Both the position numbers and the translations under genes were made by a program. Positions 1 through 10,855 of a DNA stretch of 64,000 bases are shown piece by piece. The stretch lies in the NCBI GenBank assembly GCA_004022145.1, contig RCNU01000003.1. One strand, given 5' to 3'. This DNA is from Paecilomyces variotii (Eukaryota). The notes beneath the pieces were generated by a model. That model saw only the letters and a program-made list of their open reading frames with translations. It made no database searches and was not told the DNA's origin. Position 1 is the stretch's first letter. The number at the start of each line of letters is the position of its first letter.

Positions 1-994
1 GATCTTTTGAAGCTCTGAAACATCTGGCAGTAAAGACGGCGCCATGACTCGTAGCTGTGAGCGTGACACGACAGGAAACAATGGAAATACATGTGTTAAG
101 AACCTAACAAGTTTTAGTAAACGAAAAACTGATCAGGAACTGCATTAACAATCGGTTCACATACAGTTTGAACAATCTGCGACCATCTTCCGTAGGAATG
201 AGATTTTCCAGTTCAGTCCTCAGATCGTTTTCTGAAGAAGATGGTGCGGTGTCACTCTTAAATCCCTCTACAAGGTCATTTGAAGCAATCATGAAATGAA
301 CAGGGACCTGCTCTGGTTCGCTGATATCAGCTACATTCCGAAAATGCACCTTGTAGAATCTGCGAAGGCCGTGCTCATCAAATCGACAGTGTCGTAGCAG
401 CCATGGATCTGACTCTGCAGATATTCCGAACAACTTCGCAGTGAAGTCTTGCATTTCATCAAGCGAATGATTTGTTGATGCATGATCCTCTCTCTGATAA
501 GTCTCGGAACCGACACCCTGCGGCGACGAGTTCTGATTGATCGAGGATGCAGGAGATAGATCCGGGGCACCCCCGATATCTACGCTATGAATGCCATTAA
601 TAGGTTTATCCTCTGTTGTGGGATCTTCTTCATGGTAGACCTGTGGCGATAGCACATCTTCCATGGCATCTTCGCCTGCTGATGTTTTCGGCGTAAAGTC
701 GCCATACCGATCCAGCGAGCTGTCTGGGAAGCCTTCAGATGCCGCTATAGCATCCCAATTGAGCATCTCTCTCCCCAAGTCGAGATCCTGCCTCTTCACT
801 TTATTGGATCGAGGTTCAACGGCCAGGACGAAAGTGCAGTCCACCCGTGCTGCTTTGCAACGTTCGCACGGGGGTTCATGATCGATCCGGCAGCCCAGCT
901 TGCGATGGCGACAGCGATCACATGGGCGACGTCGTTTAGATCGATATGGACGCGGACTGCCAGGAATGCAATTCGGGGAAGAGTTACTCGCCAT
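1..994 (-). CDS. Zn(II)2Cys6 fungal transcription factor (3' part runs off the window start)
   Basis: CDRCRHRKLGC...CERCKAARVDC six-Cys binuclear cluster. A GTATGT...TAG intron at 164-104 continues the frame into LFLTHVFPLFPVVSRS, typical of the start of the fungal-specific TF domain. Confidence 0.9.
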
Positions 995-1692
995 CGAACA
1001 AAGGAGTCCTTGCTTGTTGAATGTCGGAGTTGTCGCTCTGATCCATCACCCCATTCTATCGGGGAGAAAGCCGTACTCTAAATTCTTAGTCTTTGGATTG
1101 ACTAATAATTCGAGCTAATAGTTAATACGGGGTTATAATCATCGCGCTAGAGCTAAAAGTGTATAACCGGCTAACGGGGTCACAAAGCTGGGCCAGAGCG
1201 ATGTTCGCTCATTTTATTATCTGCGATACTTAAATACATCTGGGCAGATCTCCCCACTTTTGATTTCTTGATGCGGGGTTCACTGCGACATTGATAATCC
1301 CGAGTCGAGACTGGATGCCGCGGAGATTCTATTATATTTCTGAAGTATTTTGGGTTTATTCAAACAACACCGAGATCAACCTATGGCTTCCTATGATTGG
1401 AATGTGTTGCTCCCTTGTGATGATCTCGTATACAAGTCCCATACCGATAAATGTCGATGCACCTCCAACTGCAGACCCCAAGATCACCCCCGGACGCACT
1501 GTTACTGAGGAGCTGCGATGCTGATCAACGGTATATTTGATTTTTTTTTCCCTCCATGTGGCTAAAGAATGCCTCCTAGAACAGAACACACAGTGAATCG
1601 TTGACAGTTGCCGCGACAATGATCGCAAGAAGAAAGGCCAAGGCCACCCATCAATCGACTGACCCATATCATATCTAAATCCGGGAAATGAG

Positions 1693-2497
1693 TCATTGCT
1701 GGCAATATTTACTTCCAATACCGCGCTGGACTGCTGGTCGCGCGGCAATCCGGTCAATCCACTGCAGGAGATGCGGGAACTGCGACACTTCTTCCTTGGT
1801 GAAGCCGCTACGCTCCCAGTTCTTAACCCACGGCCACGTCTTGATGTCAGCCACGCTGTATTTGCCCTTTCCTTTTCCAGCCAGATACTCTCTTGGCTGA
1901 CCGGTAAATTTGCCGGAGAGTTGGATCTCGAGGACGCCGAACACGCGAAGGGTTTCGTTTCTGAATCTCGTGATTGCATCTAGAAAACCATAGAGTTAGG
2001 TTGATACCCACACGATGAAGGGAAGAGTAGATCTAGATTGGACACATACAAGGGATCTTTTCGGGTGCAACCTTGGTGAAATGGTTTACTTGGCCCTGAT
2101 ACGGCGCACCGCCTCCATGCCAGAAAAACAGCCATTGGATCGCCTCGTTGCGCTCCAGCTCGTCGCTGAAACCGAATTCGTGTCTCTTATCGTACGTGTC
2201 GATTAGATACAACAATTGAGCCGATGTCTCGATCACAGGGAAAGGCGGCGATCGCGTGTTGTCCACCAGAGTGGGAATACGTCCGTTTGGGTTCAGACGG
2301 AGAAACCACTCCTTCTTCTGCTCGTTCGTCGAGATATTGATCAGAGTCGTAGTCCATTCAGTTCCGTAGACATCTGCCAATTCTTCTAAGATAATCTGTG
2401 TCGCCTGGCCATTGGGTGTGCTCTGCGTGATAAGGTGCAGTCCCTTGGCCTCCTTGACCTCCTTGGGAGTCTCAGAAATATACAGTTTGTCAGCCAT
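1693..2497 (-). CDS. Glutathione S-transferase (Ure2/GST-II-like), 2 exons
   Basis: TPNG, LNPNGRIPTLVD, ETSAQLLYL and YSVADIKTWPW motifs. Intron 2049-1980 (GTATGT...TAG) joins the two ORFs in frame. Confidence 0.92.
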
Positions 2498-3166
2498 TTT
2501 CAAAGTTACAATTGACAGAGAATTAAAGGATAAGATGAAAGCTCCAATGCAACTTACAGGAGATGCGTGCACCTCTACTTATGTATCCTTGGCTTACAGC
2601 CAGGTGAGGGACGAATCGTCATCATTGCGGGGTTGTATTGCAGCATCTTGAACCCCGCGTCGGACAGAGCTGGTTTATTACAAATCAACAGAGAGTGAAT
2701 AGTTATCACTAGTCGCTGTTATAGCGATGATGATAAATGCGATGGTTTAGTCACGCCAGACTGGAAGAGTATGAGGATGTCCGGTCAACAGCAAACGTAA
2801 TACTGGGTCTGAAGCACGCATGCCGATTGCGTACATTTGGCGAAGTGTACAGTATAAAATTGCAATAAACATCAAACAAACTCCGCATCATTATCAGTCA
2901 AGAAATGAGTCGCTACTATTACCTTTGCGCAAATGATTTACCAGATAGATATTATTAAGCTCATACAAGTCCATAAACATTCAGTCAAATCCAGTCTCCT
3001 ATTATTCTCCTTCCGGATCTCGTGAACGCCCTCCCCAGTATCATGAAAATACTCTCTAAAACCCACACACCGCCAAAATAACATGATCCGATCCCTCTTC
3101 CCCAATTACATCCCCGATCTAAGCCCTACAGACAGTGAGGTCGGTGGGAAAACCAAGGAGATATTC

Positions 3167-4573
3167 TCAGGAGGAGACAGTAGCAGCAAGTCGGACGGTG
3201 AGGAGCTGGTTCACATTTGTGGATCCATCCTCTGCGAAGCAAGCAAGATCTTCAAAATCCTGGATATATCTATCGATTTCATATCCTATACCGCTGGCAT
3301 GGAATATCTCTGCAAGTCTGTAGTGCACATCCAAGAAGTCCGGATCTGGCAGCTTAATATGCTCATACCCAGGACTGGCGCGAAGCTGTAAGATTCGATT
3401 CTGCGGCAATGCCGGCAAGAAAAGATCAGTGAAGAGAGGATATACCTTCACTTCATATTCATCTTGGTTGCCCTGGAACGAGGAGACAAATTAGGATCTA
3501 TATTTGCAGGTGAATAAATGAGACTTCAGTCTATGCATACCGTAGGTCTTAGTGCAATGCGGAAGTCTCCGAACTCGTCATAAATGAAGGCTGCTAACGT
3601 TATAGTATTCGACGGGTCATTTATATTGTCCGTATGAATCTTTTTGTTAAGTCCTGGGAAGCAGTTATACAAGCAGTTCCAACGCTGCATTGCGTTCCTG
3701 TCCGAAGGCTATAGGATATTAGTAAAATAATGCAAAAATAAAAATAGATACATACCTCTTGATTTTTGTAGGACCCATAAAGGAAGGGGATGATATGTGC
3801 CACTTCTAGCTTCGCCACCGTGCCTTCTCCAGGAGGTACTTCGGCACCGGTATTCCTGAAATCACTTGCAAGCAGATACCTGGTGATAATACATCGTCTA
3901 CCATCTCTCTTCAATGTATTCTCATATATTTCTTGTTCTCGTCTAGCGGGAGAAGATAGATACGAGGTAACTTTCTCCGCTTGTTCTTGATGCAGCGGGA
4001 TAGGGGATTGAGGAATAATTGATTTTTTTAGATTAGTTCTCACTATATACAATGGTTAAAAGTAAATTTAAATTAATAGAAGAGGTCAAACTAACTTGGG
4101 ATGAATAGTGATTGGTATATATAATCGAAATAATCGTGCAGTCTCGCGTCATTATCCATACTTAAGATATCCCGCGTAAGGTTTATTGCTCCTAACTCTG
4201 GAAGGAACTCAAGGGAGGCCAATAATCCAGGTACTAGCAGCTTATCCCGACTGCGGTCTCCGAGAATATATCTTTGCACACGATCTATTGCATTGCGCTT
4301 CAAAGTTTCCCAATCTTCAGCCAGGGTAACGGAGAACCCAGACAAGTTCGACATTGTCGAAGGTTCTCTGTAAGACTGCACCTGCTCGCGCCGAAGGTGT
4401 TCCCGGTTGCGCTCCTGTTCAGGCTGCTTCTCGGGCTGCTTCTTGGACTGCTGTTCGGGTTCCTGGTGAGGTTGTTGTTCAGACTGTATATTCTGTCTCT
4501 GTCTCCGTCTTTTGGGCTTTTCATAGAGACCATACTCTGGCTCCTCGCCCCGTCGAGACCTTCTTAGCGTCAT
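3167..4573 (-). CDS. Fungal HNH_2-type nuclease-domain protein, 4 exons (possibly RIP-affected)
   Basis: Spliced frame gives RDGRRCIITRYL...LEVAHIIPF...NINDPSNTITLAAFIYDEFGDFRIAL...LPDPDFLDVHYRLAEIFHASG, the characteristic layout of fungal HNH_2 proteins. Three GT-AG introns restore an open frame. Confidence 0.75.
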
Positions 4574-4660
4574 CGCAGCGAGGATAAGATAAGAGAACGA
4601 TGTGGAGAAGTGGATTATTGGCTGGAGTACTTAACTCGAGGCTCGAGCCTTGACAAATTA

Positions 4661-5226
4661 CGGAGAAGTGTCTCAAAAATAATAATTGCGGAGCACTAGT
4701 AAGATTGACTGTTGACGGAAGTCGACTAGACGACTAGACCAAAAAGGAGCCTGGAGAACTCCTTAAGAGGTCTGGTCCTAGCTGGATCTAACAACTGTTT
4801 TTTGTTGGAACTTGGACACCCCCTCCGGAGTCCGGTGGCTCCTGTTGGGCGTCCTGTTCACTAGTGTCACGTGACCTAGGCGAGCCCATATACCTATACC
4901 TAGATTCAATCAAGCAAGCTTTCTCCCGCTTCCTTCATGCTAAGCTGGCCTTTAATTCTATGGCCTTTCTAGCTCTATTTGGAACCCTCCCGACCTTCTA
5001 TATATTCATTTCCTCCGCAGCGAATAACAGCTTTAATATGATCTAAGATACGTTCTATCTAAGCCTGGATTTTCTTTCCTGGGGAAGATCCTCCAATGCC
5101 TTATTCCACTATATTCTTCCAGTCTTATTATCTATCCCTATGAAGGAAAGGATTAGTATAGGGCGTGTATGAGAAAAACAGTCAATCTTACTAGTGCTCC
5201 GCAATTATTTTTGAGACACTTCTCCG
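4661..5226 (-). mobile_element. Non-autonomous, internally deleted Tc1/mariner-type DNA transposon (MITE-like) with ~50-bp TIRs and TA target duplication
   Basis: 4661-4713 and 5177-5226 are inverted repeats (identical except a 3-bp indel), flanked by TA at 4659-4660 and 5227-5228. The interior minus strand (~4980-5100) encodes a broken transposase C-terminus, DLPQER/IQA*IERILDHIKAVIRCGGNEYIEGR. Confidence 0.88.
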
Positions 5227-5488
5227 TAGTGTATGGGATAGACTAGAGTTTGGTCGGCACGGAGTTTATGTGGATTGTCTGCTTTTTGAGCGATGCGGTC
5301 GAACCGAATATGGTAAGTTAGTTAGCGCGCAACTATATAGGACAGTCCAAATTGGTAGCACTAGCAAAAAACATCTTCTCACCCACAGATAGGATAACTG
5401 CGGTTCAATAGGACAAGATTACTGAGTAATACAGGGTATCTAGAATACAGTTAAGCTCTGCTGGACCATAATCATCAAAAACCGCTGA

Positions 5489-5524
5489 TCAGCTGCATGT
5501 GTGTGTGAGACATGTTGATAATAA
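5489..5524 (+). repeat. 36-bp direct repeat, copy 1 (copy 2 at 13344-13379)
   Basis: tcagctgcatgtgtgtgtgagacatgttgataataa versus tcagctgcatgcatgtgtgagacatgttgatgataa, 33/36 identical. Confidence 0.8.
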
Positions 5525-5617
5525 GATAATAGAATGTCTGATAGATAATTTGGATAGTAAAGAGCTTTGGGACTTGGGATTATATAGTTATTTTTTTTTT
5601 ATCTTCATGTAAGCTAG

Positions 5618-6932
5618 TCATAGTAATTCATCATATTGATAACACAAGATCCCTGTCTGCGTATCCATCACATCATCGACACTGACATCAGATGCGAAGC
5701 CGTCGAAATCGAGCATATCTGTTATGTGCGCGGAAACAGTAGAGTTATTTCGTGAAATCCCATCGTAACCCCCTAAGGGGTTTCCATCGCGATGGTGACG
5801 CTGTTGCCAGATCCACCATACGCGATCAACCTGGCCATGATGAAGGAAGAAGACGGGGTCTGTGGTGACCATTAGTATGGACTATTACAGATGGAAAAGA
5901 ATGAGGACGGGATCCATAAGATAACATACCATTTGGCGCGGTGACCTTGGAGAAATCACCCTGGACAATATAGGGGATCGTTAGGTGAGAGGCCTGTTCC
6001 ACCTTGAGTAGAAAGTCATAATAATCCTGCTCTTCGAATACTCGGTTCAGTATCGCCGGCTGGACGGTCAGTCTTCCGACCCTTCGGATCACTTCATCGG
6101 CGAGGAAGCCTCTAGAAAGACAGTGAGGGTGATAATTCCCCTCATAGTAGGCGGCCTGAGCTCCTGCAAAGGGTCCGTCGAGAACACAGCGGCCGTTAGC
6201 AACGCTTTCAGCACCAGATCCGCTTCCTCCAAATCCAGTCTCATTGTCCCAGACCGGGGACTTGCTTAGATCCTCCCAATCTAAAGACCAGTTCCAATAC
6301 CTGTTAAGTGTGGAACGCAGATTGTCAGTCATTAGTAGAAACGGGGTGCCAGGTGAACACGCACGGTAGAACTCCACTATAGTTGCAGTGCTTGTGCAGC
6401 GCTTGCTCATACAGATGAATGAAATATCGATGCCACGGGAGAAAAGGCGCGGCATTGTGAGCTATATAGTCGGTTAGTCGTCGAATTCTCATCAAACTGC
6501 GACGAGCGCAGTAAGGCAGGACCTTCACACACAGTAGTTTCCGATACGACTATGGAGGAACACAAAGTCGTCATGGATTGTAGTCTCTGATCGCCTCGTG
6601 GATGGCGATTCAGTCAAACAGCGGGCTGCTTCTATATACGCCAACTTTTCACTTCGGTCCAGCGTCCTCCATTCCCGCCGGACAGTGGGATTCTTGCATA
6701 GTCTCGACGGCACAGATGACGACGGGGAAAAAGACAGAATAAAAGCAACGACAGAGAGGAAGAAGACACCGGCAGTGATCGAGAGAAATATCCACCATAA
6801 ACGATCCTGTTTTCTCACTGCTGCTTTCGAAGGTGGATTCGCATCTTCAGGATCGTCCGTCAGACCCGGGGACGCTGAGATAGTGGGAAGCCTGTCGCCA
6901 GAAAGAAAGCCGCATTTCGCAGACTCGTCCAT
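5618..6932 (-). CDS. Type-II membrane-anchored tyrosinase-like (type-3 copper) oxidase, UstQ/PhomQ-like, 4 exons
   Basis: N-terminal TM helix, then C-x-N-P-x-VRREWRTL, FVFLH, HNAAPFLPWHRYF, PYWNWSLDW, CLSRGF and APNDPVFFLHHGQVDRVWWIWQ tyrosinase motifs across the spliced ORFs. Confidence 0.9.
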
Positions 6933-7158
6933 TGGAAGAACATATCAATCGTACAATCCCTGAATGATTGCCTGCAAATATGTACTTTGTAGTTGGAGAC
7001 TGCAGCGTTTCTGAAACTCGCCACTCGGACAGAAACCCAACGACGACCACGAAACAGAAACCTGGACCACCATTTGCGGAAAATAGATACGACGTCAGAT
7101 CAGCAATTATCTGTGGATTTTGGAGATTCTGCAGCCAAGTAGGCCTACTGCCAAAACG

Positions 7159-7217
7159 GTCCTAAGTCCGACAGCACGTTAACATCTGGCCCCCATGCAA
7201 GCTTTTGGCCCCATGCA
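7159..7217. promoter_or_regulatory. Candidate cluster-specific cis-elements in the tyrosinase/DUF3328 divergent promoter
   Basis: TCTGGCCCCCATG (7185-7197), a variant TGGCCCCATGCA (7206-7217) and GTCCTAAGTC (7159-7168). The 13-mer and the 10-mer recur inverted in the precursor/OMT divergent promoter. Confidence 0.45.
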
Positions 7218-7459
7218 TCGGTAGCGTCGTGGGATTGAGCAGATCCCCAGCCACAGAGAGTCAGCAGTTGACACAAGACCTTAGTCTCCTGTCATTATTG
7301 CTAGACTCATGTGTGCTGTAATCTAGTTACCGTAACAATATCAGCCGATTAAAGGTTCCTAGTAGCGTAACTTAGGTTGCTGATTCTGTTATTCTTTCCT
7401 ATCTTCCTCTAAGCTCAGTGTTGTGCTTCAGATAGATGTCGATTTTAATATCTCTGAAG

Positions 7460-8453
7460 ATGGCTCCAGAATACAAAATCCTGTCTACAGGTGAATCAGA
7501 TGACGAGTCTGGTAATCTGAAATCTACCTCCCTAGAGCAAAAGAATCTCCCTCTGAAATGGAAACTTCTCATCTGCGGTCTGCTCTTATCGAATTTGCTC
7601 ATGCTGGCCGCCTTTTATACGAATAGAGGCTTTTCAGAAAAGGAAGAGTCGCACCCTGAAGCAGTGCCCACGAATTATGGTGAGTTATTGATACAAAGGA
7701 AGGAGAGGGGGGAGGGGGGGGGGTTGTCCATTAGTTTCCCCTCATTTAATGTCCAAAAGCTCTAATTGGAAAGGGAAACAGCAAAAGTCGATACATTAGA
7801 CACCATTTGGAGGCCCTTCTGGTGGAACACGGAATACAGCAGTACGAATGCCTCCGAGGCAGATGAGCTCTGGGACGCCATTCTTCCTTCTCACGGCTTC
7901 GTCGCCATGGATCGCACCTGGGCAAAGGAGAACCAGTGGCCCGAAAGCATGTACCTTCCATCGGATAAGAGCAAGGGAGTATACTTGCTGGAGGCGTATC
8001 ATTACCTCCATTGCCTTGTAAGCGAATCCTTATGAGACATTTGTGGCGTGAATGGAGACACAAACTGACTGATGGAATCATTTAGCGGATCGTCCGCAGA
8101 ACTTTCTGGGAAGCGGTCGAACAGAGACCTTTTACGCACAAACCGGGCGCTCATATGAACCACTGCTTTGATGCGCTGCGTCAGGTATGCCGTTGTATCA
8201 CAATGTGGGAGACCACTTGTAACTGATCGTGTTCTAGTATGTTCAATGCAACGCCGATAATACCCCGCTGTACACATTCGGGGACTTTACTGCCGGCGAC
8301 GGTCAAGTCCATAAGTGCAAGGACTGGGATCAGCTGCGCAGCTTTGCGACGCAGAATACAGCATGTTACCGGGATAGCGTGGAAGCAATTCCACTGGGCG
8401 AGCATTTCGGATTCTGCGACGATGGAAATGACGGCGTTATCGATTTACCTTAA
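7460..8453 (+). CDS. DUF3328 / UstYa-family oxidase 1, 4 exons
   Basis: N-terminal TM anchor, two HxxHC motifs (YHYLHCL, HMNHCFDALRQYVQCNAD) and a C-terminal HKCKDWDQL, all assembled with GT-AG introns. Confidence 0.92.
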
Positions 8454-8538
8454 AATGGCTATTTACTTTGAAAGATATTCTCTTAGTTGACGATAATGAC
8501 ATAAAAAAGATCTTCTACCGATATATTCATATCACTGC

Positions 8539-9475
8539 TTACATTCTCGACCGTGCATCGCTGTGGTTGTGCGCAGGTAGTAGTTCGTGGGGAATAAAGC
8601 CATGCGCGTCGAAGACCCTCCATTGTTCAGCCCATGCTTTGACTTCCTCGTAACTGCGGCACTGTCGGTCAAAACCCCAGTTCGGATTATTGTTTATCAT
8701 CTGAGTAGCTGGCTCCAGGTTGGCGTCTGCAGCGCACATGAGACTCTGGCGCAAGTAATCGAAGCAGTGGGCCACGTGAGGAGCTCGGTCGATGTTGAAG
8801 TCAAAGTCCTCGTTATCGGACGCAGTGGAGTAATATGCTCGACGGACTAGATACTGTAGAAGAGGAAGACAAATTAGAATATCAAGAATACTACCAGTAG
8901 AAACCGCAGGTTACGTACCAAGCAATGGAGCTGGTGAATGACACCAATCACAGACAATTCCGGAGCCAATTCGGGGTGCTTGATATATCCTAGTCCATCT
9001 GCAGATAGTGAGTGACGCTTTACAAGTAAACAAGGACGAAAAAAGACTTACTCGGTATGATGGCATTCCAGACAGTGTCAGGCTCGCTAGGCGGGGGAGC
9101 AGCTTCAAAGGCGGTATCGTGATGGACATGCTGCTTTGTCCAGTCGGAGAGAGGGACTGCCACTGTTATTCACATTCTTAAAAAAAAAGAGAGGGAGGGA
9201 GAAGGGTCGCGGAAAAAGACAAATGGACTATACATACTCTTTGGAATGGTTCCTGGCAGATCAGATGTGCTAGAACAATTTGTCGAGGGTAGGAAATGCC
9301 TCGCGATGACAACGCCCATTACCAGCCCGCAAACCCACAGAGCAGCACCTGCTAAAGCATAGAAAAAGACAGTATATGGTATGCTCTTAGCATTCCGATT
9401 ATTATCAATTTTTCCCTCCTCACTAGGCTCTACTGAGAGCTTAGAGTAACGTTGACCGAACAGCGAATCCATCAT
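8539..9475 (-). CDS. DUF3328 / UstYa-family oxidase 2, multi-exon
   Basis: MMDSLFGQRYSKL..., a TM helix, then FHQLHCL and HVAHCFDYLRQSLMCAADANLEP...WGFDRQCRSYEEV: twin HxxHC motifs. Internal exon boundaries are approximate. Confidence 0.9.
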
Positions 9476-9827
9476 TGTTGTGGTTGGGGTGTGGAGAGAA
9501 ACTAAGTATGAGCTGGACAGCGGAGGGACTAAGTACTTTAACTTAGTACTCACACCCCCATCTAGGTCAGGATGAAAACCGCCACTATATTGGCCAAACA
9601 AGTCAAGCAAGCAGATAACACGGCTTTACTGAGTCTTCCTTTTGAGAAAATTGCACTGAAATAAAGTCTAGTTGTATTTGTATTTGTATTTTATTTAGAT
9701 ATAAGATCAATTATGGTATCCTCTTAAAACGCCCTTGGGTCAAAAAGACCAAATCTCCATGCATATCACTTATTCGTCTAGCAGATTCGCACCCATCCCT
9801 TATAGTCTTGCTTCCCCGATGACTCGT

Positions 9828-10054
9828 TCAGTAAGTGTCGCCAATGTTCTTGAGATCGACCTCGTCAGCTGAGTTGACGCGAGGAACTGCAGATTAAGCA
9901 ACGTTAGAAGAGTTTATTGTTCGATGTTTCTGGCAATCTATTCAATTGGAGACCACCTACCGGAGTGTTCGTCGTTGGGGGCAGCAATTGGGCTGGCCAT
10001 GGAAAAGCCAACGAGGCCAAGGAGGAAGAAAGTGATAACCTTGACGGACTGCAT
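9828..10054 (-). CDS. 50-aa secreted peptide, candidate RiPP precursor: MQSVKVITFFLLGLVGFSMASPIAAPNDEHSVPRVNSADEVDLKNIGDTY
   Basis: Exon 1 10054-9961, intron 9960-9887 (GTAGGT...CTAAC...GCAG), exon 2 9886-9828 (TGA). Classic signal peptide ending ...SMA|SPI. It lies between a DUF3328 gene and the OMT. Confidence 0.8.
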
Positions 10055-10273
10055 TGTGGAATATGGATGCACAGAGAGAGCTGGTAGTGTTCGAATGGAT
10101 AGATCTGATATTGAGCACGCTTTCTGGTGTCTGCTTTGGAGGAGGAGAAGGATTGCTAGGTCTTTGCTATCGAGGATGGGAGGCCAACGACTACGGTGAG
10201 AGAGATTTAAGTATACAGCTGAATACAAGTTAATAATTAGATAGAGTCATGCATTGACACACAATAGGAAGGT

Positions 10274-10573
10274 CATGGGGGCCAGAAATGTTCCGCAGCG
10301 GGACGGGAGTGTGGAGAGCATATCGACTTTCCCAGCGTGATGACATGGATTCATGGGGGTATTGGGGTTCTGCTAGTTCTTAAGCTGATATGCATTGTTT
10401 TAAGAGCCGTTGTATGACCTAACTAATAATAATGCCGTTGAAAGGTCCAAGTATTCGACGGACCGCTGCAGATCCCTGGAGGCAGACTTAGGACGGGATG
10501 AAGCGCCTGCAGCACCGGAAGTTGGGGGCCAAACAGAAAGTTAGACACTAATGCTGCAGAAACAAGCATGGGG
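10274..10573. promoter_or_regulatory. Repeated CATGGGGG(CC) motifs in the precursor/O-methyltransferase divergent promoter
   Basis: CATGGGGGCCAGA 10274-10286, CATGGGGG 10352-10359, TTGGGGGCCA 10522-10531, GCATGGGG 10566-10573, GACTTAGGAC 10485-10494. Confidence 0.45.
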
Positions 10574-10855
10574 TTTGAGTATACTAGATCTTTTTATTTA
10601 CCGGTAAAAATAGCACATTGGTCTTGATGCTAGGTACGCACGAGACGATCTGTGACAGTTGCACGCGTGCGAGATTCGCGAGAACCATTAACAGTGATCA
10701 GCGTCGTAAGCTACTTGATGGGGTTTCTTCAACTATCTGCAGCTAAAAGTATTTCGAAATATTCCCCTTCGTTATCTATTAATGGTTAATTAAATTCGAA
10801 TCTTAATAACATACCACCGAAGAGAACCGAAGCGTCATCCTCAGTCAGTCACATC

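Noticed and set aside
1356-1979. 207-aa ORF overlapping GST exon 2
   Set aside because: Alternative frame of the GST exon running into intergenic DNA, with no recognisable domain.
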